NCBI GenBank assembly: GCA_964355945.1
Contig: CAYHGE010000010.1
Span: 1 to 61,964, forward strand
DNA: 61,964 nucleotides
Source of the DNA: an uncultured Draconibacterium sp.
GTDB lineage: Bacteria > Bacteroidota > Bacteroidia > Bacteroidales > FEN-979
Direction: 5' to 3'
Shown here: positions 1-8,931 of the stretch, one piece after another
Layout: each line of letters opens with the position of its first letter
Numbering within the stretch: position 1 is the first letter of the stretch
The notes under the pieces: generated by a model
The model's database searches: none
What the model saw: the letters and a program-made list of their open reading frames with translations, nothing else
What the model was told of the DNA's origin: nothing
Program-made: the position numbers and the translations under genes

Positions 1-1
1 T

Positions 2-556
2 TTCTCCCTTTGGACAAGAGAAGCTATTGGCTGCCTTCTCCGGGATAAATTTGGTGTAGTGGTTAGCTCATGGACCATTGGTCGTTATCTGAATACTTGG
101 GGTTTATCACCGCCAAGGCCCATTGACAAAACCAAAGAAAAGAAGAGTCCTGAAGTTAAAAAATGGTTAAAGAAAGATTATCCGTTCATAAAGGAGAGGG
201 CGATAAAAGAAAATGCCGAAGTCCAATGGGGTGGCGAAATTGGGATGAGAAGCAATCGTCTTGCCGGGATGATCCGGTCTAAGAAAGGAGAAGCGGCTGT
301 CATCATTTCATCCTTGAAAAGATTCAGTTTGAACATGATCTACTCGCACAATAATCGGGGGAAACTTCAATTCATGCTTGTTAAAAATGAAACCACATCG
401 TCAGATTTTGATAATTTCATGTCCAGGTTGGTCAAATTTAACCATCGTAAAGTGTTTTTAATTGTAGAGCATGACCATGCACATACAGAATGGACAATAA
501 AGGAATGGAATAGGAAGAATGCTGATGGAGTAGAATTGATTCTGCTCCCCAGCTAA
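2..556 (+). pseudogene. IS630-family transposase-derived ORF, catalytically degenerate and C-terminally truncated (5' end outside window)
   Basis: Frame is open back to base 2 (FSLWTREAIGCLLRDKFGV...WTIGRYLNTWGLSP), typical IS630 winged-HTH. Expected WGDE reads WGGE, LIVDN reads LIVEH, and the ORF stops at LPS* where LPSYSPELNP normally follows. Confidence 0.75.
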
Positions 557-561
557 AAGGG

Positions 562-1818
562 TCACTCACCCGGCTTTGCAGTTAGGGTCTGTTTATCCCA
601 GGCAGATTTTAATGCTTCCGTTTTGTATTCCTCGGCAATTTTAATATACCTGTCAAAAACACTTTCCTTTTTATGTCCGGTGATACTTTTAATGATTTTC
701 GTGTCCATCCCGAACATAAAGCTCAAAGTGACGAAGGTTTTTCTGGCGACATGGTTGGTGATGAATTCGTATTTGGGTTTAACCACGGTTTTTGCTTTCC
801 CTCCGATAAATTGTTGGATTCTGACCGATTCATTCATTTTTACGGCTTCACAACAATCTTTAATATAATCGTTTAATTTTTGAGATGAAATTTTTGGAAA
901 CACTGAGACTTGGTCGTGAGGGTATTTAAGAAGAATATCTTTTGCAAATCGATTCAATGGGATCCTCTCAATTTTTTGCGTTTTTACAATCGTTTTTTGA
1001 ATTTCGTCTTCCTTGATGTGTTCATGGGTTAAATCCCGCAAATCAGAAACCCTGAGTCCGGTAAAGCACATAAAGCAGAATAAGTCGCGTGCCTGGCTCA
1101 GTTTTTTTGATTCGAAATCATGATAAAGCAATCCCAATAATTCATCTTTGGTCAAATAGATAATTTCTTTTTCCCTGTCAGGTGCTGACAATTTCTTATA
1201 GGTGAGTGTTTTAATGTACTTCCTGTCGTATGCCCAGGTCATAAATGATTTTAGAACCCTGACGATCCTTGCAAAATAATTGTCCTGAACCTTTCGGACT
1301 GAAAACGCATAGTTTTGGAAACGGTCAAAAAATAAGTTGTCAATCATGTTGATGTCAATCTTTTTTCCTGAAGCCTGCTCGAAATCCATCAGGAAATTCT
1401 TTACGGTAGTATATCCTTTAATTGTCCAATTTGCACGGATGGGTTTGCTCATTTCAATATATTCATCGAAGAGGCCAAAGAAGGAACGTATTGTTCCTTT
1501 TTCTTCTTTTATTGAAATTGAATTCTTTAAATAGGCTTCGGTAATTGGAATTTTTTCACCGATAGCCTTGGCAATTGAATTTGTGGCTCGTTTATAATAT
1601 GCCTCGATGGTTTCATTTATTGCTTCATGATGATTCGTTTCCTCGTGTGCGTGCGGAGCTTTGACTTTCTCATTTTTTTGGCTCCAGTATTTTGAATGGA
1701 CCGCATGTCCAACAAAAAAAATGGTGCGTGAATACTCATGAGTAATTCTCATGATAATGGGTTGCTGACCCTTTTTATTCTTTTTACCTGGTTTTAAGTA
1801 AAAATGTATATTTGCCAT
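562..1818 (-). CDS. Tyrosine recombinase / site-specific integrase (Bacteroidota arm-binding + SAM-like + catalytic domains)
   Basis: TGLRVSDL (Arg), HVARKTF (HxxR), TGHK and RY catalytic Tyr; N-terminal PIIMRITH arm domain. Start placed at MANIHFYL (ORF track extends to 1857). Confidence 0.93.
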   Translation of the reverse strand: MANIHFYLKPGKKNKKGQQPIIMRITHEYSRTIFFVGHAVHSKYWSQKNEKVKAPHAHEETNHHEAINETIEAYYKRATNSIAKAIGEKIPITEAYLKNSISIKEEKGTIRSFFGLFDEYIEMSKPIRANWTIKGYTTVKNFLMDFEQASGKKIDINMIDNLFFDRFQNYAFSVRKVQDNYFARIVRVLKSFMTWAYDRKYIKTLTYKKLSAPDREKEIIYLTKDELLGLLYHDFESKKLSQARDLFCFMCFTGLRVSDLRDLTHEHIKEDEIQKTIVKTQKIERIPLNRFAKDILLKYPHDQVSVFPKISSQKLNDYIKDCCEAVKMNESVRIQQFIGGKAKTVVKPKYEFITNHVARKTFVTLSFMFGMDTKIIKSITGHKKESVFDRYIKIAEEYKTEALKSAWDKQTLTAKPGE

Positions 1819-1865
1819 AATAACGGAAATATTAGTGTTGACGGGCAAAGATAACATAAAAATGG

Positions 1866-1887
1866 GTACCCAAATAGAGTACCCAAA
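1866..1887. repeat. Direct repeat GTACCCAAA x2 (13-bp period), candidate integrase arm-type sites
   Basis: GTACCCAAA at 1866-1874 and 1879-1887, between the integrase start and the putative att core. Confidence 0.5.
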
Positions 1888-2000
1888 ATATTATGAAAAG
1901 CCATTTTTATCCGTTTAAACAGTTTCAGTAATAAAATTTATAGTATTGAAATACAATGAATTCATTAAAGCAGATTAAAGTACATAGTGATATGGGGTGG

Positions 2001-2016
2001 TCCTAGTGGGCCCACA
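2001..2016 (+). mobile_element. Putative att site: copy of a tRNA 3' end marking the right boundary of an integrated element
   Basis: TCCTAGTGGGCCCAC reads as T-stem 3' strand plus acceptor strand of a tRNA starting GGGCCCA/Y. No tRNA body upstream; ~180 bp from the integrase start; followed by a terminator-like hairpin. Confidence 0.55.
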
Positions 2017-2100
2017 AAAAATGAGCAATGAACAATGAGCAATGAATAATATCGGCGCTTTTATTCATTGCTCATTTTTTTATTGTTCATTGTTCATTAA
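2016..2100 (+). terminator. Heptamer-built hairpin / probable intrinsic terminator
   Basis: ATGAGCAATGAATAA pairs with TTATTCATTGCTCAT (2061-2075), followed by a T-run; arms are AATGAGC/AATGAAC heptamers. Confidence 0.55.
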
Positions 2101-2275
2101 CAGTTATTAGGAATAGATGAGGATCCTTTAAAACTTCAAGGAGAAAACAAAATGAATAAATGATCATTAAAATGCATAAATACAACGATATATCATTACA
2201 AAGGGTGGCATTATAAAAGAAAGAATTGAAAAAATCGAATTGGGCTTTTTGATAATCAATTGACGATTGTTCGAT

Positions 2276-2527
2276 TTACGAGAACTCCAGGATCAATCCG
2301 GGATCAATATTCAATTCTTTGTATAAACGCTTTGCCATACGCATCGATACCGGGCGTTTTCCAGTCATTATCTGACTGAAAGTAGATTCTTTTACATCAA
2401 GACATGGAAGAGCAAAAGAAATTGATCAGGCTGAATAAATCCGGGTTTATCTTTAGCTCCAACTCTTGTTATTGGGGCAATACCCACAAGCGGTTCGGGA
2501 TGACGATTCGGTGTCGATTTGTTCCAT
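2276..2527 (-). pseudogene. Decayed HigA-like XRE/HTH antitoxin gene
   Basis: Minus strand 2401-2276 translates LDVKESTFSQIMTGKRPVSMRMAKRLYKELNIDPGLILEFS*, a HigA-like HTH C-terminus with no in-frame start. Weak N-terminal remnants (MEQIDTES..., DKPGFIQ) lie in other frames. Confidence 0.5.
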
Positions 2528-2543
2528 AGGTAAAAAATATGTA

Positions 2544-2620
2544 AAATCGCAAAGGCGCAAAGACACGAAAACAGAATGTCTATTTTCACTTCTTTGCGCC
2601 TTTGCGCCTTCGCGGTAAAA
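2544..2620. repeat. CGCAAAGG-type short-oligomer inverted repeat
   Basis: cgcaaaggcgcaaaga ... tctttgcgcctttgcgccttcgcg; related element at ~8668-8742. Confidence 0.6.
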
Positions 2621-2633
2621 AAGAATGGTCAGA

Positions 2634-3479
2634 CTACACCGACAACTCCGAATTTCTTCTTCTCATGATATAGATGGCGCCAATGCTGAGCAGGGCTACA
2701 AACATAAAGATGAGACCCCATTCTGATGCGGTGGGGATGGGTGCAGGTGGAGGAACCAACAAGTCAGACCATGTCGTGGCAACCCTGATCCCGTCAACTG
2801 TTACATTTTGTATTGGTTGCCCGGTTAGCGGAGTAAACTGACGTATGGCGACTGAAGCGGGGTTGATTTCTGGTGTGGCTTCGGTAAGCGGTCCTATTGT
2901 TGCTGCTGGTTCTGTGAGAGGGATTGTGCCGTCAAAAATAAAAAGACTTACCTTGTCATTATTAATTCCGGCAACAATCTCATATTTTGCCACCAGCAGG
3001 TAGGTTGTTCCTGGTGTAAAAGTTGCAGCAGCATAAGTGCCGGTATTACTGCCCACACTAACTCCGAAATGATTTGTTGAATTCATAAATACTTTTCCCC
3101 TGAAAGTTGTGCCAATCGGATTGCCACCAAAATGGAAAAAATAACCGGTAGTGGCTGTTGTCACATTAACCATGAATGATGTATAAACGGTGCCTGCTGT
3201 TTGGACAGGGAATATTTTATGATCGTCCTCACCGTTATTATCAGCGAAGGCAGCATTACCGATCCCTGAGGATAGATACCCTGGAAATGTGAGCCCGGGA
3301 GCCCCCACGGTAATAGGTTGACTGGCAGCACCTGAATGAGCTGACCAGCCATGCGCAGTGATCAGATCATTTGCAGGATAGTCGAAGTTCTCTTCCAGCA
3401 ATGTTTGCGCTGTGCTGCTAAATTGAAATCCCAATGTAAGGGCAGCAATCATAATGGCAAAAAATGTAAATTTTTTCAT
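2634..3479 (-). CDS. Secreted protein with IPTL-CTERM sorting domain
   Basis: Sec signal (..STA-Q); C-terminal PIPTASEWG + transmembrane helix + RRR tail. Confidence 0.85.
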   Translation of the reverse strand: MKKFTFFAIMIAALTLGFQFSSTAQTLLEENFDYPANDLITAHGWSAHSGAASQPITVGAPGLTFPGYLSSGIGNAAFADNNGEDDHKIFPVQTAGTVYTSFMVNVTTATTGYFFHFGGNPIGTTFRGKVFMNSTNHFGVSVGSNTGTYAAATFTPGTTYLLVAKYEIVAGINNDKVSLFIFDGTIPLTEPAATIGPLTEATPEINPASVAIRQFTPLTGQPIQNVTVDGIRVATTWSDLLVPPPAPIPTASEWGLIFMFVALLSIGAIYIMRRRNSELSV

Positions 3480-3775
3480 AAGTTTTTTTTTAATTGTTAC
3501 GGATCGTTTGGTTCTCTGAACAAAAATAGTACAAGGAATATGATCTTCACAATAAATATTGAATTTTTCAGCTATTAATATTCTATCTAAATAAATATAA
3601 ATTAAAAATAATATTTTATATTTGTCGTCTCATTCGATTCTTTTCTTGCGAACTTGCATTTTCTTCCATTACCAGGCATCTCATAAATGATATTTCTGAG
3701 AATCTCTTAATTTCACTGATCACCTGTTAAGAATCTGTGAATTAGTTATATAGTGGGATTCTTGTAAATATCAGG

Positions 3776-5173
3776 ATGGCATTCAGATTGACACTTGTTT
3801 TAATGATGATACTCCATGCCTTCCAGGGCAGGACACAGACATTTGCCATTCATGATGTGCTGGTGAGCAGCCAGAATGCCAGGATCGTTGATGTTGAAAT
3901 CGATCCGTATCAAAACAGGATTTGTTTCCAGTCGCCGGATGATAACAAGTTATGGTTATGCCACCTGGATACCAACACCTGGGCACTGACGGTTCCTGAC
4001 GGAAAGGAGATCCTCATCGACAGTTCACTGACTTCTATAGATTTAACCTCTAATAGTGGTGAATGGGGTTATGACATGAACGGAACTTACATAGTTTACA
4101 ACAAGGAAGCCGACAGAAAGCGCTACATTGCAGTGGCAGCGGAAACGGGGCCAGTATGGTCGTTATGCACCCTCACCGATGCCCCGCACCGCATGAACCC
4201 TCATGCATCAAGAAACCCGGCCGACTCCTTTGTTGCGATACACTATGTGTCGACAATGCTCACCAATTACACGAAATATAAATACATCAACAACCCGGCA
4301 CACGAGTATTGGATTCACGATTTCAAAGATGCTCACTGGGGCAGTGATGAACAGATATTAACCGGAATCCTGAAGGGTAATCACCAGGTGGGGTTGTTTA
4401 ATCCTGTAAACCCAACCGCACCGGTTCAGCTGACATTCGATTACAGCAGGCACTATTCCCGTCCATTTAGCTGGCGCGCCCCGGAACACCAGAATGCCCG
4501 GATGTTCTTTGCGGTCGCAAACAGTGAAGAGCTGCAGGTGTTCAAAGAAGTCACTCCCAACAGCAACAGCTACAGGTTGTATATGACATTCACCAGCCCA
4601 TCCTTCAATCCTGCCTACAATAAAATCGGATCACCGGAACCGACCGTGTATGACGGACAATCGTACATTACCTTCATGGCGTCATCTTCAGAATTTGAAA
4701 CAGCCAATGTCCCCGGTGAAATATGGATTGCCAGAATAGACAGTGTCAACCCATTGTTCAGAATGGTTTCTGATTCGTCAGCGGGTATCCGTACGGATCC
4801 TGAAACACTTGCCACCCGCGACTCATTGTTGGTTTATTATACTGAAGTGAGCGAGCGATCCGGGCTTGAACGTGCTTACAAGCTCAAGAAATGTGATACC
4901 GGGATCGGGCTGAACCTGCCGACCCGTATTGGTGAACCCGCTGACAAGGGTAACGTAACAATGATACCTTTTCCGAACCCGTTTACAAAGCATATCCGGA
5001 TAAAAGGAGCGGCAGGGAATGAAGAATATCTGTTGACAAACAGTACAGGAGGAGTGATTTTTACAGGAAAAAACATTGAATGTGAGGATTTTGCAGGACT
5101 TCCCGTGGGAATGTATCTGCTTAAAATCATGACTGGCCGTTCATTTCAAACTATGCAACTCATCAAAGAATAA
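3776..5173 (+). CDS. T9SS type A sorting domain-containing protein, unknown N-terminal domain
   Basis: Signal peptide; C-terminal FPNPF...LPVGMYLLKI...LIKE. Confidence 0.8.
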   Translation: MAFRLTLVLMMILHAFQGRTQTFAIHDVLVSSQNARIVDVEIDPYQNRICFQSPDDNKLWLCHLDTNTWALTVPDGKEILIDSSLTSIDLTSNSGEWGYDMNGTYIVYNKEADRKRYIAVAAETGPVWSLCTLTDAPHRMNPHASRNPADSFVAIHYVSTMLTNYTKYKYINNPAHEYWIHDFKDAHWGSDEQILTGILKGNHQVGLFNPVNPTAPVQLTFDYSRHYSRPFSWRAPEHQNARMFFAVANSEELQVFKEVTPNSNSYRLYMTFTSPSFNPAYNKIGSPEPTVYDGQSYITFMASSSEFETANVPGEIWIARIDSVNPLFRMVSDSSAGIRTDPETLATRDSLLVYYTEVSERSGLERAYKLKKCDTGIGLNLPTRIGEPADKGNVTMIPFPNPFTKHIRIKGAAGNEEYLLTNSTGGVIFTGKNIECEDFAGLPVGMYLLKIMTGRSFQTMQLIKE

Positions 5174-5217
5174 TTTGATTAATCACAATCATATCAGTTG
5201 ACTTATATCGGTTTTTT

Positions 5218-5373
5218 ACCACTGAGGCACTAAGGGCACTTAGATTTCTAAGACGTTTCAACATTAATCTGCCGGATTTTATTTTCTTGGTGTTCCTGAG
5301 TGGTTCAAATTTAACATTACAATTGTATTTTTTTCTCCTTAGTGTTTCTGAGTGTCCTAAGTGCCTCAGTGGT
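5218..5373. repeat. Imperfect 27-bp inverted repeat built from ~9-mer units between convergent genes
   Basis: accactgaggcactaagggcacttaga (5218-5244) versus tctgagtgtcctaagtgcctcagtggt (5347-5373). Confidence 0.65.
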
Positions 5374-5459
5374 TGTGTATTCCAAAGGCCAAAATTCCAA
5401 GACATTGCTTAAATTAGAAAAAAAGATGTGTGTAAAGATTACAAACCGTTACTTTTATT

Positions 5460-7931
5460 TTAACGGTTGATAAATTTCAATGTTCTTGAAATTTCATTGC
5501 TTTTGAGCGTAACCAGGTAAAGCCCTTTTGCAAACCGCGAAAGGTCATAATCACGGTCAAGGAATACGCCTCCGGTGAGATCAATCCGGTCAGTCAGCAC
5601 AGGTTCTCCCACGATGGTGGTGATGACCACTTCCAGCAGCTGACAGGGATACCTGACTTCGAGATGCAGTTTTGAGTTGCCGGGGTTGGGATAGATCCTC
5701 AGTGTTCCATCCGGCAACACCTCTTCGATGGCAGTGCAGGCCGAGAAGGAGAAACTTACCCTGGAATCTGCAGAATCAACACAGCCGTATTCATTGAGCA
5801 CCTTAACCCGGTATGTTTGTACATCGTAGCCGAGTCCGGTGGTTTCCACCTCTATCGTTTGTGTGGTGGCTCCATTCGACCAATAGTAGACTGATCCGGG
5901 ATTGCCAGCGTCGAGGATGATCTTTTCATAGATGCAGGCAATGGTGTCGGCAGGCCAGTTGAGTATCTGGGGAAGCGGCTTTACATGCACATTCACCACT
6001 CCGGATGCATAGTTAAACCCATCGAAGATGGTAAGCATATAATTCGTGGTTACATCCGGAGCCACCAGCGGATCAGAGTCATGCGAAGTAAACCCCGGGG
6101 GAGTTGAGGTCCAGTCGTAGGTGTAACTTCCCGAGCCTCCTCCAACCATTGGATGCAATGTAGTGCGTTCTCCCTGGCACATCACCGCCGGGTTTGCAAC
6201 AGGATGGCATGCCAGCGGGCTCCCTGTAACAGAAACCATTACCTGCGATACTTCGCTGATGCATCCGGTGACATTGTCGGTGACAGTAAGGGAAAAGAGG
6301 GTGGTCACTGTCAGGTTGATGACCGCTGCAGTAAGGCTTGTTGAAGAAAAACCGGGGGGACTTGATGTCCAGTAAGCGCTGTAATTTCCCGACCCGCCGG
6401 AAGCTGTTCCATTCAGCGTGGCGTTTGTGCCATAAGGGATGCTGGTGTTTGACCCCGCGCCTGCGATGGGTTTTGGGTTGACAACGACCGTGGCTGTTCC
6501 GGAAACATTGCTGAATCCATCGCTGATTTGAACCGTGTATGTGGTGGTAGATACCGGGAAAACAGTGGGATTGGGAAGAGCAGAAGTAAACCCCGGAGGA
6601 TTTGACGACCATAAAAAAGCATAATTGCCACTTCCGCCCGACACCATTGCATTCAGTGCTGCGGAAGAACCTGCACAGATAGTCCCGGGTGATGCTGCTG
6701 CAAATACACCCAATGGCCCGCCAACAACGGTAACCAGCACGTCGGAGGTACCATGGCAACCCGCCTGGTCCGTCACATTCATGATGAAATTGACAGAAGC
6801 GCCCATGTTGATGGTAACAGGTTGTAAAACAGCAGGATTCGTAAGCAAATTTGCCGGCTCCCATTGGTAAGTGTATGGGCTTGCACCCCCGGAAACTGCT
6901 CCGTGAAGCGTGATGATGGCACCATTCGCAACCGTGGTATCGTTGCCGGCAGAAGCAACCGGCGCATTGATTTCAGCTAATTGGAAAGGATAGTCCTGGT
7001 AAACACAAATGTTATCGCATAGGTCACGGATATACCCGACGATATGCAGCGTATAACTGCCTGCTGAAAGTGCCGGATTGGTTTTCAGCGTGCAGCTTCT
7101 GCCGTTGGTGGCGCCTGTCCTGCAATCGGCAGAGGTAACATCGGTAATGGTGTAAGTTCCGGCCGGTCCTGTCAGGCTGAATTTCTCAGGCTTGTGAAAG
7201 AGATCGACACATTTCATGTTTTCAGAGAACTGTACAAAAAGGCTGTCGGAACCGGCACAGGAAACAGTTTGCTGAATGGAATCGATGGTAGCCGGTGTGA
7301 TGTCGAAGATGGAAGCCGTTGACCCGCTGAAATCAAGGGTATATCCCGACTGGTTTGTCGGTGACCAGTTGCTCACATTGAGGACGTAGGTTTGGCCTGT
7401 GAGTACCGTAAGATCTTTGTTGAACTTTTTTCCGGACACACCGGGGCCGTTGCAATTCAGATTATTCCCAAGAGCGGTGCTGATGCCGGTCGGACCATTC
7501 GTGCCGCCAACGCCATACGAGTTGCAACTGACCTGCAGGGTGGATGCACTGAGGTAGATCCGGTCGCATCCGGCATTGGTCATGTTAAAAAGAGACCAGT
7601 CGTAGTCGTTGGAAGGGTTGTTTGGCGTAAGCGTGAAACGAAGGATTCCGCTTGTTTGGACCGTGATCACATAAAATACATCATTTTTTTCACCATCCAT
7701 GCAGAGCGGGCAAACACTGTTGTTCCTGATTTCAGGATAGACATTTCCATGGCCGGTATAGGATGTTGTGGTCGTATAAATGGGCTGGCAGACCGGGATG
7801 GCGCCAAGGCAATCCTGAACGGTTGGCGGTGCATCGGTATTCTGAGCCAGCGATGAAATTCCATGTAACCACACCAGGCAAATCAAGGCCATGATGACAA
7901 TATTTTTCATGGATTTCAATATTATTTGCAT
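5460..7931 (-). CDS. T9SS-secreted adhesin-like protein (QDC..AIPVC N-terminus, SprB/PKD-like repeats)
   Basis: Repeated SGGSG(N/S)Y..W.S.PPGF units; C-terminal IYPNP...GLYLV..KFINR; likely start MKNIVIM at 7910. Confidence 0.82.
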   Translation of the reverse strand: MQIILKSMKNIVIMALICLVWLHGISSLAQNTDAPPTVQDCLGAIPVCQPIYTTTTSYTGHGNVYPEIRNNSVCPLCMDGEKNDVFYVITVQTSGILRFTLTPNNPSNDYDWSLFNMTNAGCDRIYLSASTLQVSCNSYGVGGTNGPTGISTALGNNLNCNGPGVSGKKFNKDLTVLTGQTYVLNVSNWSPTNQSGYTLDFSGSTASIFDITPATIDSIQQTVSCAGSDSLFVQFSENMKCVDLFHKPEKFSLTGPAGTYTITDVTSADCRTGATNGRSCTLKTNPALSAGSYTLHIVGYIRDLCDNICVYQDYPFQLAEINAPVASAGNDTTVANGAIITLHGAVSGGASPYTYQWEPANLLTNPAVLQPVTINMGASVNFIMNVTDQAGCHGTSDVLVTVVGGPLGVFAAASPGTICAGSSAALNAMVSGGSGNYAFLWSSNPPGFTSALPNPTVFPVSTTTYTVQISDGFSNVSGTATVVVNPKPIAGAGSNTSIPYGTNATLNGTASGGSGNYSAYWTSSPPGFSSTSLTAAVINLTVTTLFSLTVTDNVTGCISEVSQVMVSVTGSPLACHPVANPAVMCQGERTTLHPMVGGGSGSYTYDWTSTPPGFTSHDSDPLVAPDVTTNYMLTIFDGFNYASGVVNVHVKPLPQILNWPADTIACIYEKIILDAGNPGSVYYWSNGATTQTIEVETTGLGYDVQTYRVKVLNEYGCVDSADSRVSFSFSACTAIEEVLPDGTLRIYPNPGNSKLHLEVRYPCQLLEVVITTIVGEPVLTDRIDLTGGVFLDRDYDLSRFAKGLYLVTLKSNEISRTLKFINR

Positions 7932-7968
7932 GGTCAGGATTGAATGTCAGACAAATATACGAATCTAT

Positions 7969-8616
7969 TTAGAACTTGTATCCAACTTGTAAATTCAGGG
8001 TGCAAGTATGATCATCAATTTGATCAGACTTGCCCGTATCTGAGGTGTAATCGACAATTTTATTGAAATTCTTGTAATAGTCGAACACGATGCCAACTTT
8101 AAACCGTTTAATCTTAAAATCTATGCCTGCACCGGCAATCAGGCCGTACATGGTTTTATTCAGCTGGTCGGTTTCGGTGAATTGAGAAAAAAGATTGAAT
8201 GTTTGCGAATAACTCACCAGGTAGTCAAGCCTGGGGCCAATATGAATAAACGGGACTACCAGGTCCTTTACAGGAAGTTTGGCTTCAAACATTGTATTAA
8301 ATGTCACATAATTGAGGACAGTTGTAGCAGTTGTTTCTGATAGTCCTTCCGGGAACTGCAGGGGATTCAGAGAACCGGTGCCTCCTTTCTGAACAACACC
8401 GAGGTTGGAAGTCAGATTAAAATACTTGTAGTCCAGGTAATCCAGCCCAAGCAGGAAGTTAAATCCGATGATACCTTCATCAAAGATGTATTTGTCAGCA
8501 CCGGATTTATTCCAGTTAAGGTCTGAGAATGATGGACCAAATCTCAGATTCAGCGTCTGACCAAAACTACCGGCCATGATCATTCCGAAGCAAATTGAAA
8601 GGATGATGTTTTTCAT
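7969..8616 (-). CDS. Outer-membrane beta-barrel protein (porin/PorT-like family)
   Basis: Signal peptide, alternating amphipathic strands, C-terminal VGYKF. Confidence 0.75.
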   Translation of the reverse strand: MKNIILSICFGMIMAGSFGQTLNLRFGPSFSDLNWNKSGADKYIFDEGIIGFNFLLGLDYLDYKYFNLTSNLGVVQKGGTGSLNPLQFPEGLSETTATTVLNYVTFNTMFEAKLPVKDLVVPFIHIGPRLDYLVSYSQTFNLFSQFTETDQLNKTMYGLIAGAGIDFKIKRFKVGIVFDYYKNFNKIVDYTSDTGKSDQIDDHTCTLNLQVGYKF

Positions 8617-8667
8617 GTTTGATATTTTTCAGAACCGTTACGAAATTACAGGAATAAATTTTATTTT

Positions 8668-8742
8668 CCACCGCAAAGGCGCAAAACCGCAAAAAAATGA
8701 GCCATGAATCCCGGTTTAGCGCCTTCGCGACTTTGCGGTCAA
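8668..8742. repeat. CGCAAAGG-type inverted repeat
   Basis: accgcaaaggcgcaaaaccgcaaa ... gcgccttcgcgactttgcggt. Confidence 0.55.
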
Positions 8743-8776
8743 AGAAGGGTATGTGTTCCGGAAGAATTTCCACGTT

Positions 8777-8839
8777 AAAAAGTTATAACATTTAGGTGAA
8801 ATTTCATAACAGTCCGTCAGATTGAAAGCCCTAATTTTG
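8777..8839 (+). promoter_or_regulatory. Tandem 21-bp-period boxes plus -7 promoter (candidate AraC-activated promoter)
   Basis: AAAAAGTTATAACA and AAATTTCATAACAG (8799-8812), then TAATTTTG at 8832-8839; same geometry as 30128-30192. Confidence 0.55.
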
Positions 8840-8931
8840 AATGCTCATTATTATCCCCGGACAAATGAAGAAAACTTTATTTTCACCTGTCTTACTATCT
8901 GTGATGATGACCTCTGCGGTCCGGAATATCC

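Noticed and set aside
1981-2020. Complete tRNA gene
   Set aside because: Only ~15 nt resemble a tRNA 3' end; no D-arm or anticodon arm upstream
2392-2589. 65-aa ORF as a real gene
   Set aside because: Starts inside an inverted repeat and overlaps the HigA-like relic
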